Source of the DNA: Flavobacteriales bacterium | Lineage (GTDB): Bacteria; Bacteroidota; Bacteroidia; Flavobacteriales; Weeksellaceae | Assembly: GCA_002747105.1 (NCBI GenBank) | Contig: PDSY01000016.1 | Coordinates: 28,473-92,472, forward strand | Reading direction: 5' to 3' | Length of the DNA stretch: 64,000 bases | Shown here: in pieces, positions 28,865 to 36,711 of the stretch | Layout of the letters: the number at the start of each line of letters is the position of its first letter | Numbering within the stretch: position 1 is the stretch's first letter | The notes under the pieces: model-generated | What the model was told of the DNA's origin: nothing | Databases searched by the model: none | Seen by the model: only the letters and a program-made list of their open reading frames with translations | Program-made: the position numbers and the translations under genes

Positions 28865-29050
28865 ATGAAAAAATATTTAGTAGCAACAGCAGTTGCAATA
28901 GTGTTAGGAGGTTCTTTAGTATATGCTAATAACAACAATCAAGCGGAAACTGATTGTTGCGAAGAACAAAAAGAATGTTGTATTACAGGGCAAGATTGCT
29001 GTGAAACTCAGGAAGATTGTTGCGAAGCACAAGAAGCTTGTTGTAAATAA
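28865..29050 (+). CDS. secreted CC-heptad repeat peptide
   Basis: Sec signal 'MKKYLVATAVAIVLGGSLVYA' followed by five CC doublets spaced exactly 7 residues apart (21-nt DNA period). A strong rho-independent terminator follows directly. Confidence 0.6.
   Translation: MKKYLVATAVAIVLGGSLVYANNNNQAETDCCEEQKECCITGQDCCETQEDCCEAQEACCK
28952..29047 (+). repeat. 21-nt tandem repeat encoding CC-x5 heptads
   Basis: 'gattgttgcgaagaacaaaaa', 'gaatgttgtattacagggcaa', 'gattgctgtgaaactcaggaa', 'gattgttgcgaagcacaagaa', then 'gcttgttgtaaa'. Confidence 0.85.
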
Positions 29051-29060
29051 CATATAGTCT

Positions 29061-29095
29061 AAACCGAATTAGCAAAAGCTGATTCGGTTTTTTTT
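29061..29095 (+). terminator. rho-independent terminator after the CC-repeat peptide gene
   Basis: Perfect 9-bp stem 'aaaccgaat'/'attcggttt' followed by T8. Confidence 0.85.
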
Positions 29096-29197
29096 GTAGG
29101 TTTAACTTTGTTGAATCAATTGCAACTTAATAAGAGCTGAAATACTATAAATCGAGGTCTCTTTTTAAATTAATTTTCATTATTAAAAAAAAAGTTA

Positions 29198-29205
29198 TAC
29201 CTTTG
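29198..29205 (+). promoter_or_regulatory. Bacteroidota-type -7 box (TAnnTTTG)
   Basis: 'tacctttg' lies 48 nt upstream of the rplM GTG. Confidence 0.5.
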
Positions 29206-29252
29206 CAGACCCTTAAAAGGGAAAATTATGTTTAATCGTTAACTAAAGAAGT

Positions 29253-29708
29253 GTGAATACATTAAGTTACAAAACCGTATCAGCGAACAAAGCTACTGCT
29301 AATAAAGAATGGGTTGTGGTAGATGCTGAAGGTCAGCCATTAGGAAGATTAGCTTCCAAGGTTGCAAAGATTTTGAGAGGTAAGCACAAAACAAACTTTA
29401 CTCCTCACGTAGATTGTGGAGATAATGTAATTGTTTTGAATGCAGGAAAGATTACTCTTTCTGGGAACAAATGGGCAGATAAGACCTATATTTGGCATAC
29501 TGGATATCCAGGAGGTCAAAAGTCGACGACTGCTGAGGAGTTAAAAAAGAAAAATGCTTTGAAAGTATTAGAGAAGTCTGTAAAAGGAATGTTGCCTAAA
29601 AATAGATTAGGAGCTCAAATATTTAAAAACCTTTATTTATATGAAGGTACAGAGCATAAACACGAAGCTCAACAGCCAAAAGAAATTAATATTAACGAAT
29701 TTAAATAA
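29253..29708 (+). CDS. rplM: 50S ribosomal protein L13
   Basis: '[18 protein letters not shown]' is the canonical L13 N-terminus. The start is GTG. Confidence 0.95.
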   Translation: MNTLSYKTVSANKATANKEWVVVDAEGQPLGRLASKVAKILRGKHKTNFTPHVDCGDNVIVLNAGKITLSGNKWADKTYIWHTGYPGGQKSTTAEELKKKNALKVLEKSVKGMLPKNRLGAQIFKNLYLYEGTEHKHEAQQPKEININEFK

Positions 29709-29713
29709 GAAGT

Positions 29714-30100
29714 ATGTCTAAAATTCATAAAATAGGAAGAAGAAAAACTTCTGTGGCAAGAGTTTATGTAACGCCAGGAACTGGTAATATTACCATCAAT
29801 GGAAAAGATGCAGCAGAGTATTTTTCTACAGATGTATTGGTTTACAAAGTGAATCAAGCGTTTATTTTGACAGAAACTGCTGGTCAGTACGATGTGAAAG
29901 TAAATGTATTTGGAGGAGGAATTACAGGTCAAGCGGAAGCTATTAGATTAGCTGTTTCTAGAGCTTTATGTGAAATCAACGCTGAGTTCAGACCAGTATT
30001 GAAACCTCACGGATTGCTTACGAGAGATGCTAGAATGGTAGAAAGAAAGAAGCCAGGACAGAAAAAAGCAAGAAAGAAATTCCAATTCTCGAAGCGTTAA
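29714..30100 (+). CDS. rpsI: 30S ribosomal protein S9
   Basis: '[10 protein letters not shown]' and the C-terminal '[12 protein letters not shown]'. Confidence 0.97.
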   Translation: MSKIHKIGRRKTSVARVYVTPGTGNITINGKDAAEYFSTDVLVYKVNQAFILTETAGQYDVKVNVFGGGITGQAEAIRLAVSRALCEINAEFRPVLKPHGLLTRDARMVERKKPGQKKARKKFQFSKR

Positions 30101-30103
30101 TAC

Positions 30104-30138
30104 TCAGATACAAGAATCAAGAGCCAAGATACACGATT
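30104..30138. repeat. heptamer-phased CAAGAnn array
   Basis: 'tcagata caagaat caagagc caagata cacgatt', immediately after the rpsI stop. Confidence 0.6.
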
Positions 30139-30280
30139 ATATCTACTGTCTTTACTCTATTTTCTTTTATCAAAACAAAAAAACATTGCCCGTTATGTTT
30201 AGCATCCAAACTCTACTCCCAATCATTGTAGTAGTTGATTGCTTAAAAAGCGGAAAGTAAACTAACAAAAGAAAAAAAAC

Positions 30281-31033
30281 ATGGCAAAAACAAATGTAAA
30301 AGACCTATTAGAGGCTGGAGTACACTTTGGTCACATGACAAGAAAGTGGAATCCAAATATGGCTCCGTATATTTTTATGGAGAAAAACGGTATTCACATT
30401 GTTGACTTACATAAAACAGCAGTAAAGTTAGATGAGGCTTGTTCTGCATTAGAAAAATTAACTTCATCAGGTAAAAAAGTTCTTTTCGTAGCGACTAAAA
30501 AACAAGCAAAAGAAATCGTTGCTAAGCACGCTTCAGAATTGAATATGCCTTATATTACAGAAAGATGGCCAGGTGGTATGTTAACGAACTTTGTTACCAT
30601 CAGAAAGGCTGTTAAGAAAATGAATGCTATCGACAAGATGAAAAAAGACGGTACATTCGAAACGCTTTCTAAAAAAGAAAGATTACAAGTTGATAGACAA
30701 AGAGCTAATTTAGAAAAGAACTTAGGTTCTATCTCTGATATGACGCGTCTTCCGTCTGCTATCTTTGTGGTAGATATTTTAAGAGAGCACATTGCTGTAA
30801 CAGAGGCTAAAAAGTTGGGTATTCCTGTATTTGCTGTCGTAGATACAAATTCTGACCCAAGAAAAGTAGATTTTGTTATCCCAGGTAACGACGATGCATC
30901 GAAGTCAGTAGATATGATTTTAAGCGTTGTTTCTGAATCTATTAAGGAAGGTCAGGCTCAAAGAAAAGCAGAAAAAGAAAAAGCAAAAGCGGAAAAAGCA
31001 GAAGGAGATAAGGATTTCGAAGAAAAGAAATAA
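30281..31033 (+). CDS. rpsB: 30S ribosomal protein S2
   Basis: 'LLEAGVHFGH..RKWNP' and 'VVDTNSDP' S2 signatures, with a K/E-rich tail. Confidence 0.97.
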   Translation: MAKTNVKDLLEAGVHFGHMTRKWNPNMAPYIFMEKNGIHIVDLHKTAVKLDEACSALEKLTSSGKKVLFVATKKQAKEIVAKHASELNMPYITERWPGGMLTNFVTIRKAVKKMNAIDKMKKDGTFETLSKKERLQVDRQRANLEKNLGSISDMTRLPSAIFVVDILREHIAVTEAKKLGIPVFAVVDTNSDPRKVDFVIPGNDDASKSVDMILSVVSESIKEGQAQRKAEKEKAKAEKAEGDKDFEEKK

Positions 31034-31055
31034 TGAATATCTTCTTGATAATTGC

Positions 31056-31088
31056 ATCGGACTGGAATCTTTCAGTCCGATTTTTTTT
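31056..31088 (+). terminator. rho-independent terminator of rpsB
   Basis: Stem 'atcggactg'/'cagtccgat' followed by T8. Confidence 0.85.
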
Positions 31089-31135
31089 GATAAAATGTCT
31101 ACTTCCCTAATAAAAGGCTTTAGTTTTTAAAGCTT

Positions 31136-31162
31136 GTTTCAAAATAAATTTTATTTTGAAAC
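31136..31162. repeat. perfect 27-nt palindrome
   Basis: 'gtttcaaaataaa t tttattttgaaac', with 13-bp arms and no mismatch. Confidence 0.9.
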
Positions 31163-31231
31163 CATCACTATATCTGCCATGAGAGCTTAAATGTTTTTTT
31201 TAAAATGTTTTTAGGTTCCAAAAAAAATATA

Positions 31232-31239
31232 TACCTTTG
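31232..31239 (+). promoter_or_regulatory. Bacteroidota-type -7 box (TAnnTTTG)
   Basis: 'tacctttg' lies upstream of the ATG at 31258. Confidence 0.45.
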
Positions 31240-31257
31240 TCTGAAATTTTATAATTG

Positions 31258-32184
31258 ATGAGGAAAATATTATTTGTTTTATTCGGCTTGTGTTTTTTGA
31301 GTACATCGGCTCAATTTAAAAGAAAAAATTATAAGCACATTATGGAGAGTAAGAGCATTTATGAAATAGATGCTTTCTTAAGAGATGCTCATGAAGATGA
31401 TCCAAGAAGAGGAATACTTAAAAAGAGAGTAATTAAGCTGATGAAAGAATATATTAAAAATGCTCATCCTGCAGACCCTCGAGTTAAAGATTTTAAGGAT
31501 AAAATCGCTATTCTTAATAAAAAAGCTTCTACAAAGATAACCTTTGAAGAGATGTCCGCAAGGATTAAAAAGAAGAAAATAGAAGAATATAAGGCTAAAC
31601 TAAAAGCGAGAATACAAGCGGGTCAACAGAACCAAGGTTTTGCTCAAAATCAAAAACCTTCTATTAGATATCAGGGGAGTGTTTATAGACCAGGGGCGCC
31701 GAGTAATGTCAGAAAAAACACTGCTGGAACTGATCAACAATCTTATGTTGATACGGATGTAGAGCAAGCAGCCACTTCTGTAGAAACCGTTCGTAGCAGA
31801 CAGGCTAAACAGAGAAATATCTATGCTAGAAGAGGAAGTAGAGGCTCATCATCTTCTGAAGAAGAGTTTAATAGATTAATGAGTGAGCAGTCTATTGCCA
31901 AAGATCAAAAAACATTGGAGGTATTGAACAAATTGTTTGATAACGATCCTTCTAGTAAAGATACCATTGTATTGATAGAAAACAAATCGGATTGTAATAT
32001 TGTCGTTGTAATGGAAAAAAACAATGGAGAAGAGTTTAAATTACCTATTCCTGCGAATAATGAAAATACTATTGTTATTCCAAAAGGAGATTATATACTT
32101 AGAAGTAATGTCTGTGGGGGAACCTACTCTTCCGAAAAAACAATTAACAAAAGTTTAATCATTGCACTTAATAATCCGTCTTAA
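31258..32184 (+). CDS. secreted hypothetical protein (paralog family A)
   Basis: Signal peptide 'LFGLCFLSTSAQ'. The C-terminal ~70 aa 'SDCNIVVV...LPIPANNENTIVIPKGDYIL' are shared with the 32945..33508 product. Confidence 0.6.
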   Translation: MRKILFVLFGLCFLSTSAQFKRKNYKHIMESKSIYEIDAFLRDAHEDDPRRGILKKRVIKLMKEYIKNAHPADPRVKDFKDKIAILNKKASTKITFEEMSARIKKKKIEEYKAKLKARIQAGQQNQGFAQNQKPSIRYQGSVYRPGAPSNVRKNTAGTDQQSYVDTDVEQAATSVETVRSRQAKQRNIYARRGSRGSSSSEEEFNRLMSEQSIAKDQKTLEVLNKLFDNDPSSKDTIVLIENKSDCNIVVVMEKNNGEEFKLPIPANNENTIVIPKGDYILRSNVCGGTYSSEKTINKSLIIALNNPS

Positions 32185-32256
32185 ATAAAAAAAAGCAATT
32201 GAATAGTAAAAGTTTCTCTAACATAGAGAAACTTTTTTACGAAATAATAATAAAAT

Positions 32257-32937
32257 ATGGGGAAAAATAAATTAGCAAGATTTAAAGAAAACGAAATTCT
32301 TCCCAATGTCTTTCAGCCAACGAGAGAAGAAGCGCTTCAGAATTTTTATTTAAAAGGGAAATGGAGAAAAGAAGTTTTTAAAAACAATAATCCTCTTATT
32401 TTGGAATTAGGCTGTGGGAAAGGTGAATATGCTTTGGGGTTGGCGAAAGCTTTTCCCGATAAAAACTTTATTGGAATTGATATAAAAGGAGCAAGGTTTT
32501 GGTTTGGTGCAAAAGAAGCCAATGTAAATAATATTAAAAATATTTGTTTTCTAAGAACGCAGATAGAACTAATAGATTATTTCTTTGAAGAAAGTGAAGT
32601 GGATGAAATTTGGATTACTTTCCCTGATCCTCAAATAAAATATAGAAGGACGAAACACAGATTGACCCACCCAGATTTTTTAGCAAAATATCAAAAAATA
32701 ATTAAGAAGGATGGTGTCGTTCACCTCAAAACGGATTCTGAGTTTCTACACGGTTACACCTTAGGATTGCTTCAAGGAGCAGGGCACGAAATCATTACTG
32801 CTCACCATGATATCTACGGAGCTCCAGAATACGAACCGAATACCCCTTTTTTAAGAGAAATAAAAACCTACTACGAAGGATTATTTTCAGCCAAAGGAAA
32901 AACAATAACCTATATTAAATTTAAAATAAAACCATGA
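32257..32937 (+). CDS. trmB: tRNA (guanine-N7)-methyltransferase
   Basis: 'LELGCGKGEY' SAM motif and 'FPDPQIK' TrmB signature. Confidence 0.93.
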   Translation: MGKNKLARFKENEILPNVFQPTREEALQNFYLKGKWRKEVFKNNNPLILELGCGKGEYALGLAKAFPDKNFIGIDIKGARFWFGAKEANVNNIKNICFLRTQIELIDYFFEESEVDEIWITFPDPQIKYRRTKHRLTHPDFLAKYQKIIKKDGVVHLKTDSEFLHGYTLGLLQGAGHEIITAHHDIYGAPEYEPNTPFLREIKTYYEGLFSAKGKTITYIKFKIKP

Positions 32938-32944
32938 CAAAACC

Positions 32945-33508
32945 ATGAGCATGAGAAAACTATTAAGCATAGGAATGGTCCTATTATTAGCGAGTGTCAC
33001 TGATGCCCAATCCAATATTATGAAAAGCCGTAATATTGAACATTTAGAAAATTATCTTATTTACAACTATGAAAAATTAGATCAATTTAATCTGAAAATT
33101 TTAACAAAAAGATTAAAATTTTTAAAAAGAAAAGCAAAAGATCGTTTCTTTAGGGAGCAGAGAAGACTGAATCCTAATTTTGGACAGTTTACAACAGAAA
33201 AAGAATTTAAAGCATTAGTTTTGAAGAAATCAAATCAAGATGTCCAAAAAGAATTACAGCTATTAAATGATTTAGACCAAAATCCTGCAAACAGTATCTT
33301 GAATTTTGTAAACGATTCAAAATGTAATATTGTTTTAACCATAAAAGCAAAAGATACACAGTATGAATTGCCAGTTCCAACCAAAAGTGAGTCAACGATT
33401 TTGGTTAAAAACGGGGATTATACTATTGTAGGAGTTACTGGAGAGATTTGTAGAAAAAGGTATTTCACCAAAAAGAGAGTGGATAAAGATTTGATTATTA
33501 ACCTTTAG
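32945..33508 (+). CDS. secreted hypothetical protein (paralog family A)
   Basis: Signal peptide 'LLLASVTDAQ'. The C-terminal 'SKCNIVLT...LPVPTKSESTILVKNGDYTI' is paralogous to the 31258..32184 product. Confidence 0.6.
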   Translation: MSMRKLLSIGMVLLLASVTDAQSNIMKSRNIEHLENYLIYNYEKLDQFNLKILTKRLKFLKRKAKDRFFREQRRLNPNFGQFTTEKEFKALVLKKSNQDVQKELQLLNDLDQNPANSILNFVNDSKCNIVLTIKAKDTQYELPVPTKSESTILVKNGDYTIVGVTGEICRKRYFTKKRVDKDLIINL

Positions 33509-33520
33509 TACAAAGCGCAT

Positions 33521-33558
33521 AAAAAAAGGATGAAGACCGAAATCTTCATCCTTTTTTA
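33521..33558. terminator. bidirectional terminator
   Basis: Perfect 10-bp stem 'aggatgaaga'/'tcttcatcct' with flanking A7 and T6, between convergent genes. Confidence 0.85.
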
Positions 33559-33574
33559 TTTTATAAGTTGCTTA

Positions 33575-34174
33575 TTAGGCTTTATTATAAAGTTTTTCTA
33601 CTTTATCCCAGTTGATCACATTAAAAAACGCCGATACATAATCAGGTCTTCTATTTTGGTAGTTTAAGTAGTAAGCGTGCTCCCAAACATCTAGTCCTAA
33701 AACTGGAGTTCCCTCGCAACCCATTCCTGGCATCAATGGATTGTCTTGATTAGCGGTAGAACAAACTTCCAAAGAACCATCTGCTTTTTTACAAAGCCAA
33801 GCCCAACCAGAACCAAATCTTGTTTTCGCAGCAGTAGCAAAATCCTCTTTGAATTTCTCTAATCCTCCATAGTTTTCAATCGCGGCTTTCACATTTCCAA
33901 CAGGCTCTTTACTTCCGTTAGGCGTCATTACTGTCCAGAAAAGTGAGTGATTAAAGTGTCCTCCTCCATTGTTTCTAACTGCTGGAGTATCAACTCCTGT
34001 TTTGCAAATTTCTTCAATAGATTTGCCTTCTAAAGCTGTTCCTGCAATAGCGTTATTCAAGTTATTTACATAACCTTGGTGGTGCTTAGAATGATGTATT
34101 TCCATTGTTCTTGCATCAATAGATGGCTCCAATGCATCGTAAGCATATCCTAATTTTGGTAATTCAAATGACAT
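33575..34174 (-). CDS. superoxide dismutase (Fe/Mn family)
   Basis: 'HHSKHH', 'FNHSLFW' and 'DVWEHAYY' motifs. Confidence 0.95.
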   Translation of the reverse strand: MSFELPKLGYAYDALEPSIDARTMEIHHSKHHQGYVNNLNNAIAGTALEGKSIEEICKTGVDTPAVRNNGGGHFNHSLFWTVMTPNGSKEPVGNVKAAIENYGGLEKFKEDFATAAKTRFGSGWAWLCKKADGSLEVCSTANQDNPLMPGMGCEGTPVLGLDVWEHAYYLNYQNRRPDYVSAFFNVINWDKVEKLYNKA

Positions 34175-34271
34175 AATTTTTTATTTTTTTATTCGTTCAA
34201 ATATAATAATAATAAATGACATTTATCATATTTGTTGTATAAATTTATATTTTATTTGTGATAGATGAAAT

Positions 34272-35969
34272 CTATTTATTCATGCTCATCAAAAATTCTT
34301 CGTTATTGAGCGTTTCTTTCATCTTGCTTTCTACGAGTTGCATTGCCTCAATAGGATTCATATCCGATAAGTATTTTCTAAATGCCCACATGCGCTGTTG
34401 AGTCATTTCGTCGTGCAATAAATCATCTCTCCTTGTGCTTGATGAAATAAGGTCTATGGCTGGATAAATTCGTTTGTTAGCAATTCTTCTATCCAATTGC
34501 AATTCCATATTTCCTGTTCCTTTAAACTCTTCAAAAATCACTTCATCCATTCTTGAACCTGTATCAATTAAGGCTGTTCCAATAATGGTTAAAGAACCTC
34601 CTCCTTCGATTTTCCTTGCGGCTCCAAAAAATCTTTTTGGACGATGAAGAGCATTTGCATCTACACCACCAGAAAGGATTTTCCCCGATGCAGGAGTAGC
34701 TGTGTTATAAGCTCTCGCTAATCTTGTAATAGAATCCAATAAAATAACTACATCATGTCCGCATTCTACCATTCTTTGGGCTTTTGACAATACCAAATTC
34801 GCTACTTTTACATGTTTTTCGGCATTTTCGTCAAAGGTAGAAGCAATCACTTCTGCGTTCACACTTCTTTCCATATCGGTTACTTCCTCTGGTCTTTCGT
34901 CGATGAGGAGTACCATCATATAAGCCTCTGGGTGATTGGTAGAAATAGCATTAGCGATTTCTTTGAGGAGCATTGTTTTCCCTGTTTTAGGTTGGGCAAC
35001 AATCATTGCTCTTTGTCCTTTTCCGATAGGAGCAAATAAATCTACAATTCGAGTGGAAGTCGTAGAACCTTTTCCTGCTAAATTAAATTTCTCATTTGGG
35101 AATAACGGTGTTAAATATTCAAAAGAAACCCTATCTTTAATGAACGATAAATCTCTACCATTCACCTCTGTTGGTTTATCTAATGAAAAATATTTTTCAC
35201 CATCTTTTGGTAATCGCACAATTCCTTTTACGGTGTCTCCTGTTTTTAACCCATATCTTCTAATCTGATTAGTAGACACATACACATCATCAGGCGATGA
35301 AATATAAGAGAAATCCGAAGACCTTAAAAATCCATAATTATCAGGCAAAATTTCCAAAACACCTTCTATGGTTACTAAACCATCAAAATTAAATTCAGGT
35401 TTTTGAGGTTTGTTTTGCTCTTTATTTTTTTGCTGAGATTTATTGTTTTTAGAAGTTTTTTTATCGGCATTATTTTCCGCTGTTTTATTGTCAACTTCTT
35501 TTTGTTTTTCGTTGTTGACATCAGCATTTTCTTCTTTTTTAGGAAGCCTTTTTCGTTGTTTCCTTGCTTTTTTAGGCTTTTCGTTGTTATCGGTTGTTTT
35601 ATTATCCGCTTTTCCTTCTTGAATAGGTGTTTCGGTTTTTTCTTCTCCTTTTTCAGAAATTGATTGAGAAGATGTATTTTCTTTCTTCGTTGTTTTTTTT
35701 GTTGCTCTTTTTTGAACGGGCTTTGGGCTTTCTTTTTGAGTTTTTTGATTTTCTTTTGCCTTGTGTGTCGGTTTTTCTACCTTTTTTTGTGCTGGCTCTG
35801 TTGTAGCGATGTAGTCTTTTACTTGTTGTGTATTAGATGCTTGAAAATCTAAAATTGAAAAAACAATATCATTTTCTTCGCTATTTCTTGGTACTCTTAA
35901 ACCAAGCCTTCTTGCTATTTTGGTCAATTCTTTTTTGTCTTTTGACCTTAGCGTTTCTATATTAAACAT
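34272..35969 (-). CDS. rho: transcription termination factor Rho with long N-terminal insertion
   Basis: Rho N-terminal domain, RNA-binding 'GFLR', Walker A 'PKTGKT', and the C-terminal ATPase core. A K/E/N/Q-rich insertion of about 135 aa spans aa 55-191. Confidence 0.97.
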   Translation of the reverse strand: MFNIETLRSKDKKELTKIARRLGLRVPRNSEENDIVFSILDFQASNTQQVKDYIATTEPAQKKVEKPTHKAKENQKTQKESPKPVQKRATKKTTKKENTSSQSISEKGEEKTETPIQEGKADNKTTDNNEKPKKARKQRKRLPKKEENADVNNEKQKEVDNKTAENNADKKTSKNNKSQQKNKEQNKPQKPEFNFDGLVTIEGVLEILPDNYGFLRSSDFSYISSPDDVYVSTNQIRRYGLKTGDTVKGIVRLPKDGEKYFSLDKPTEVNGRDLSFIKDRVSFEYLTPLFPNEKFNLAGKGSTTSTRIVDLFAPIGKGQRAMIVAQPKTGKTMLLKEIANAISTNHPEAYMMVLLIDERPEEVTDMERSVNAEVIASTFDENAEKHVKVANLVLSKAQRMVECGHDVVILLDSITRLARAYNTATPASGKILSGGVDANALHRPKRFFGAARKIEGGGSLTIIGTALIDTGSRMDEVIFEEFKGTGNMELQLDRRIANKRIYPAIDLISSSTRRDDLLHDEMTQQRMWAFRKYLSDMNPIEAMQLVESKMKETLNNEEFLMSMNK

Positions 35970-36054
35970 ATTTGCTTGAATGTAAAATGTATTTTAAAAT
36001 TGAATGAATTGAGAAGTTAGGTAACTTCTCTTTTAATTAAAGTAATTAATGCTG

Positions 36055-36062
36055 CAAATTTA
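36055..36062 (-). promoter_or_regulatory. Bacteroidota-type -7 box (TAnnTTTG) for rho
   Basis: The minus strand reads 'taaatttg'. This predicts an ~80-nt leader containing a perfect 8-bp hairpin (36011..36030). Confidence 0.4.
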
Positions 36063-36093
36063 CATTTATTTTTGATATTATCCAAATTTACCG

Positions 36094-36101
36094 TATTTTT
36101 G
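36094..36101 (+). promoter_or_regulatory. Bacteroidota-type -7 box (TAnnTTTG)
   Basis: 'tatttttg' lies upstream of the DUF4293 gene. Confidence 0.45.
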
Positions 36102-36119
36102 CACTAATTATAATTGATA

Positions 36120-36509
36120 ATGCTACAAAGGGTACAATCTATTTGGATATTTATTTCGATTGTTGCAGAGGTATTACTTTCTGTTACGGGTCAGGATGTT
36201 GATGTTTTTAATCACACACCTGTTATTTTGGTGGGTGTTGGTGTTTTGATATTGATAGGAAGTTTAAGCATTTTTAATTATAAGAATAGAAAACGACAAA
36301 TATTACTGAATACCATCAGTATTATTATAAACGCTTTGTTGATTGGCGTATTGGCATATTGGCTACTTAATTTATCTGGAGGAATTGATTTTCCTGAGAA
36401 AGGTATTGAGCCTCTTTTTCCCGCTGTTGCTGTGATTTGCTTAGTTTTGGCAAACACCAATATTAAAAAGGACGAAAGGCTTGTAAAATCTGTGGACAGA
36501 CTTCGATAG
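36120..36509 (+). CDS. DUF4293 domain-containing membrane protein
   Basis: 'MLQRVQSIWIF' N-terminus and a four-TM layout, as I recall for DUF4293. The ATG lies 19 nt after a TAnnTTTG box. Confidence 0.65.
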   Translation: MLQRVQSIWIFISIVAEVLLSVTGQDVDVFNHTPVILVGVGVLILIGSLSIFNYKNRKRQILLNTISIIINALLIGVLAYWLLNLSGGIDFPEKGIEPLFPAVAVICLVLANTNIKKDERLVKSVDRLR

Positions 36510-36683
36510 ACCTAACAACGATTTTTATTGAGTGAAAGCAGTTCTTTAAAGGACTGCTTTTTTTGTTGAGTGAAGGCTAAGGCTGATGTTTTAGCATTAG
36601 AATTTATTCTAATGAGGGTTGATGTTTTAGCGATCATCAATACGAAAATTTCCCAACGCACAATCAGCGTCAAAAAAAAAGTG

Positions 36684-36691
36684 TATTTTTG
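36684..36691 (+). promoter_or_regulatory. Bacteroidota-type -7 box (TAnnTTTG)
   Basis: 'tatttttg' lies 21 nt upstream of the ABC transporter ATG. Confidence 0.45.
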
Positions 36692-36711
36692 CCCATAATT
36701 TAACTGATAAA

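Noticed and set aside
30139-30280. rpsB leader as a known ribosomal-protein autoregulatory RNA
   Set aside because: I could not recognise the conserved pseudoknot or helix pattern of described S2 leaders by eye. A covariance-model scan would be needed, so no claim is made.
35403-35852. Plus-strand ORFs antisense to rho (35403..35663, 35664..35852, and also 34812..35268)
   Set aside because: These are F/L/C-rich translations of the complement of the K/E-rich Rho insertion and ATPase core. Rho motifs on the minus strand are unambiguous.
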